From contig JAZTZE010000010.1 in assembly GCA_045637285.1 (NCBI GenBank), positions 9,249-73,248 on the forward strand: a stretch of 64,000 nucleotides of DNA, written 5' to 3'. The translations under genes and the position numbers were made by a program. Shown piece after piece: positions 61,813-64,000 of this stretch; the first letter of the stretch is position 1; each line of letters starts with the position of its first letter. A model generated the notes under the pieces. It saw only the letters and a program-made list of their open reading frames with translations. It was not told the origin of the DNA and made no database searches. Source of the stretch: Christensenellaceae bacterium. Its GTDB lineage: Bacteria > Bacillota > Clostridia > Christensenellales > Borkfalkiaceae.

Positions 61813-61840
61813 TTAGCAAACAAGAGTATAATTTATCAAA
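61801..61840 (+). repeat. Tandem direct repeat, 2 x 20 bp (19/20 identical)
   Basis: CAAGAGTATAATTTAGCAAA followed by CAAGAGTATAATTTATCAAA. Confidence 0.9.
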
Positions 61841-61853
61841 CGAGGTAGAGAAC

Positions 61854-62402
61854 ATGAACAATAAACATCTCAGAACGGTAACGTATTTAGCAGTATTTTC
61901 TGCATTATGTTTCGTTTGTACGTTATTTATTATTATTCCATTACCTAATGGCTATGTGAATGCTGGCGACGTTTTAGTATTGCTCAGTGCTTGGTGTTTA
62001 GGGCCTATTGGTGCAATTTCGGCATCACTCGGCAGTGCGTTGGCAGATATATTATCAGGTTACGTTTTATATGCTCCGATAACGTTGGTGGTTAAAGCTT
62101 TAGTTGCATTAGTAGGATACTTTGCCTATGCGCTTATAAAAAAATCAATTAAAAACGATAAAATTGATTTTGTTGCTCGATTGATAAGTGCTATTTTAGC
62201 TGAGACGGTTATGGTTGTTGGATACTTTCTATTTGAAAGTGTGCTATACGGCTTTGCTGGCGGTGCTTTAGCGTTGGTTGGAAACTGTTTACAAGGCGTT
62301 TTTTGTGCGTTAGGTGCTACGCTTGTTGTCAGTGGGTTGTATAACGTAAAATACATGAAAACGATATTTAATAAATTGACTATAAAACATGGAGAAAAGT
62401 AA
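61854..62402 (+). CDS. ECF-transporter substrate-specific (S) component, substrate unknown
   Basis: 182 aa, about 5-6 TM helices. ...IIIPLPNGYVNAGDVLVLLSAWCLGP.. is typical of S components. No riboswitch recognised upstream. Confidence 0.6.
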   Translation: MNNKHLRTVTYLAVFSALCFVCTLFIIIPLPNGYVNAGDVLVLLSAWCLGPIGAISASLGSALADILSGYVLYAPITLVVKALVALVGYFAYALIKKSIKNDKIDFVARLISAILAETVMVVGYFLFESVLYGFAGGALALVGNCLQGVFCALGATLVVSGLYNVKYMKTIFNKLTIKHGEK

Positions 62403-62403
62403 T

Positions 62404-63036
62404 ATGAAAGACATTAAGCTTATCGGTAAAAAAATTATAATGAATAAGTGCAAAACCTTAATTGAGTGTGCGCCTGACGTCAATTACACTGACTTGTTTG
62501 AGCAAAAAGCAGGAGAATGGAAGTTTGAGGATGGATATCTTATTGGGAAAGAAGACGGAAATAAAGGGGGCATTTTATACACGAAAGAAGTATTTAATAA
62601 ACCCGTTATGATTACGTTTACTGCAAGTAGCGTTTTGCCTGCCACGCGTGACGTTAACGCGGTTTTTTGTGCTAACTGGGATGACGATATTAACGACCTT
62701 GGTGATTCTTACGTTTGTGGCGTTGGCGGTTGGTATGACAATAAGGCTGGTTTGGAAAGAAACGTGAAGGGTAATAAACTTGCTTTCCGTTCTATTACAG
62801 GTGCGTATAAATACGTTCCGGGCAAAGAAATCACGCTAACTTGTGGCGCGATTGATGGGCATATTTTTATGGTTATTGACGATGAACTCGTTGCGGAATA
62901 CATTGAATATGAAACTCCGTTAAAGAGTGGACACATTGGGTTTTCGCCTTTCTGCACCATATTAAAAATCAAAGATATTAAAGTTCGTGAAATCTATTTT
63001 GAAGAAGTTAAAGAACATTACGATCCAGAATTTTAA
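62404..63036 (+). CDS. Concanavalin-A-like lectin/glucanase-fold protein (YesU/DUF1961-like, tentative)
   Basis: About 210 aa, beta-rich. GEWKFEDGYLIGK...GHIGF.... Start is 1 nt after the S-component stop, following GGAGAAAAG. Confidence 0.4.
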   Translation: MKDIKLIGKKIIMNKCKTLIECAPDVNYTDLFEQKAGEWKFEDGYLIGKEDGNKGGILYTKEVFNKPVMITFTASSVLPATRDVNAVFCANWDDDINDLGDSYVCGVGGWYDNKAGLERNVKGNKLAFRSITGAYKYVPGKEITLTCGAIDGHIFMVIDDELVAEYIEYETPLKSGHIGFSPFCTILKIKDIKVREIYFEEVKEHYDPEF

Positions 63037-63080
63037 TTACGTTAAACACATAGAGACATAAAATTACAAGGAGAGACATT

Positions 63081-64000
63081 ATGGAATATAAGTTTGAAGA
63101 AATTTTAAAAAATTTTGAAGTAGACGGGGTGCTTATTAGTTGTGAGCGTTACGGCGAAGGACACATAAATCAAACCTTTTTGGCTAAAATGGGCGGTGGA
63201 AAGGCAGATAAATATATAGTTCAAAAGATAAACAGCAATTTATTTACCAACGTTGAAGGTCTTATGAATAATATTCGTCTGGTTACAGAATTTAACCGCA
63301 AAAAAATCGCTGAGCGTGGCGGGGATCCGGATAGAGACAGCTTATCGCTTGTTTATACGAAAGACGGTAATTCATATTATTACGACGAGCAAAGTCAAGG
63401 CTATTTTAGAGTGTATAAATTTATCGAACAAGCCATTGCTTATCAAGTTGTTGAAAAGCCAGAACATTTCTATCAAAGCGCGGTTGCTTTTGGTGAGTTT
63501 GCAAATCTTCTTGCGGAGTTTGATGCGAGCAAATTGTTTGAAGTTTTGCCAAACTTTCATAACACTGAAAAACGCTTTAACGACTTTATTAACTCGTTGC
63601 AGGCTGATAAAGTTAATAGAGCAAATGAAATACAAGAAGAAATTAAGTTTGTTTTAGATAGAAAAGATTATTGCGGAAGAATTGTAAAACTTCTAAACAG
63701 CGGAAAAATGCCTGTAAAAGTTACTCATAACGACACGAAACTTAATAACGTTATGATAGACGAAAATTCTGGTAAGGCGCGTGCGGTAATTGATCTTGAC
63801 ACTATTATGCCGGGAAGCATTTGCTACGATTTTGGCGATAGTATTAGGTTTGGTTGCAATCCTGCTGCTGAAGATGAAAAAGATTTAAGTAAAGTTAACT
63901 TTGATATAAACCTTTTTGAGCAATATACAAAAGGATATATGTCGGCACTTAGCTCAAGCATAACTCCGATTGAAAAAGAAAATCTTGCTTTCGGCGCAAT
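63081..64000 (+). CDS. N-acetylhexosamine 1-kinase (NahK)-like APH-family phosphotransferase, partial (runs off the window)
   Basis: Hand translation gives MEYKFEEILKNFEVDG...GEGHINQTF...VTHNDTKLNNVMIDENSGKARAVIDLDTIMPGSICYDFGDSIRFG...EDEKDLSKV. AAGGAGAG RBS. Confidence 0.7.
   Translation, partial: MEYKFEEILKNFEVDGVLISCERYGEGHINQTFLAKMGGGKADKYIVQKINSNLFTNVEGLMNNIRLVTEFNRKKIAERGGDPDRDSLSLVYTKDGNSYYYDEQSQGYFRVYKFIEQAIAYQVVEKPEHFYQSAVAFGEFANLLAEFDASKLFEVLPNFHNTEKRFNDFINSLQADKVNRANEIQEEIKFVLDRKDYCGRIVKLLNSGKMPVKVTHNDTKLNNVMIDENSGKARAVIDLDTIMPGSICYDFGDSIRFGCNPAAEDEKDLSKVNFDINLFEQYTKGYMSALSSSITPIEKENLAFGA

Noticed and set aside
63316-63657. ORFs 63316-63657 (+) and 63372-63635 (-)
   Set aside because: They overlap the NahK-like reading frame (63081 onward), which carries clear kinase motifs. 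These are alternative-frame artefacts.

Overview
This window is core chromosome from a low-GC, apparently spore-forming Firmicute (Clostridia-like). It carries ytxC, yabP/yabQ/divIC and a spoVE/ftsW-type SEDS gene. I found no IS elements, prophage genes, CRISPR arrays or rRNA.

Gene content in order:
- A YgjV-like membrane domain joined in frame to a BNR-propeller-like domain (partial), followed by AraC and TetR regulators.
- feoA, feoB and a small Cys-rich Feo-associated gene.
- A CopA-type Cu-ATPase, a two-component system, a phosphoribosyltransferase, and a YloB-like Ca-ATPase.
- ytxC, a Thr T-box leader and thrS.
- YitT, MgtC and HAD genes, a second two-component system, rpsT and murI.
- A complete dcw cluster: mraZ-rsmH-ftsL-like-pbp-murE-mraY-murD-ftsW-murA-ftsQ-ftsA-ftsZ.
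- tRNA-Pro(GGG) and trmB.
- An SbcD-like nuclease, a Rad50-like membrane ATPase and an HNH-like protein.
- An amidohydrolase, then the operon described below.
- Several monocistronic orphan genes, yabP-yabQ-divIC-ppx, a site-2-protease-like gene and pnuC.
- A small 4xCxxC protein, gyrB-gyrA and tRNA-Thr(GGU).
- An ECF S-component, a ConA-fold protein and a NahK-like kinase (partial).

The most interesting locus is 41790-50582. Two tandem paralogous T-box leaders, each with its own near-consensus promoter, precede an eight-gene operon. The operon encodes a catalytically degenerate LeuA homologue, a TIM-barrel::AMP-forming acyl-CoA synthetase fusion, a branched-chain aminotransferase, a P-loop ATPase and a four-subunit 2-oxoacid:ferredoxin oxidoreductase. 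I interpret it as a starvation-induced pathway that makes branched-chain amino acids from branched short-chain acids by reductive carboxylation.

All calls rest on my own reading of motifs and on hand translation. No database search was run.
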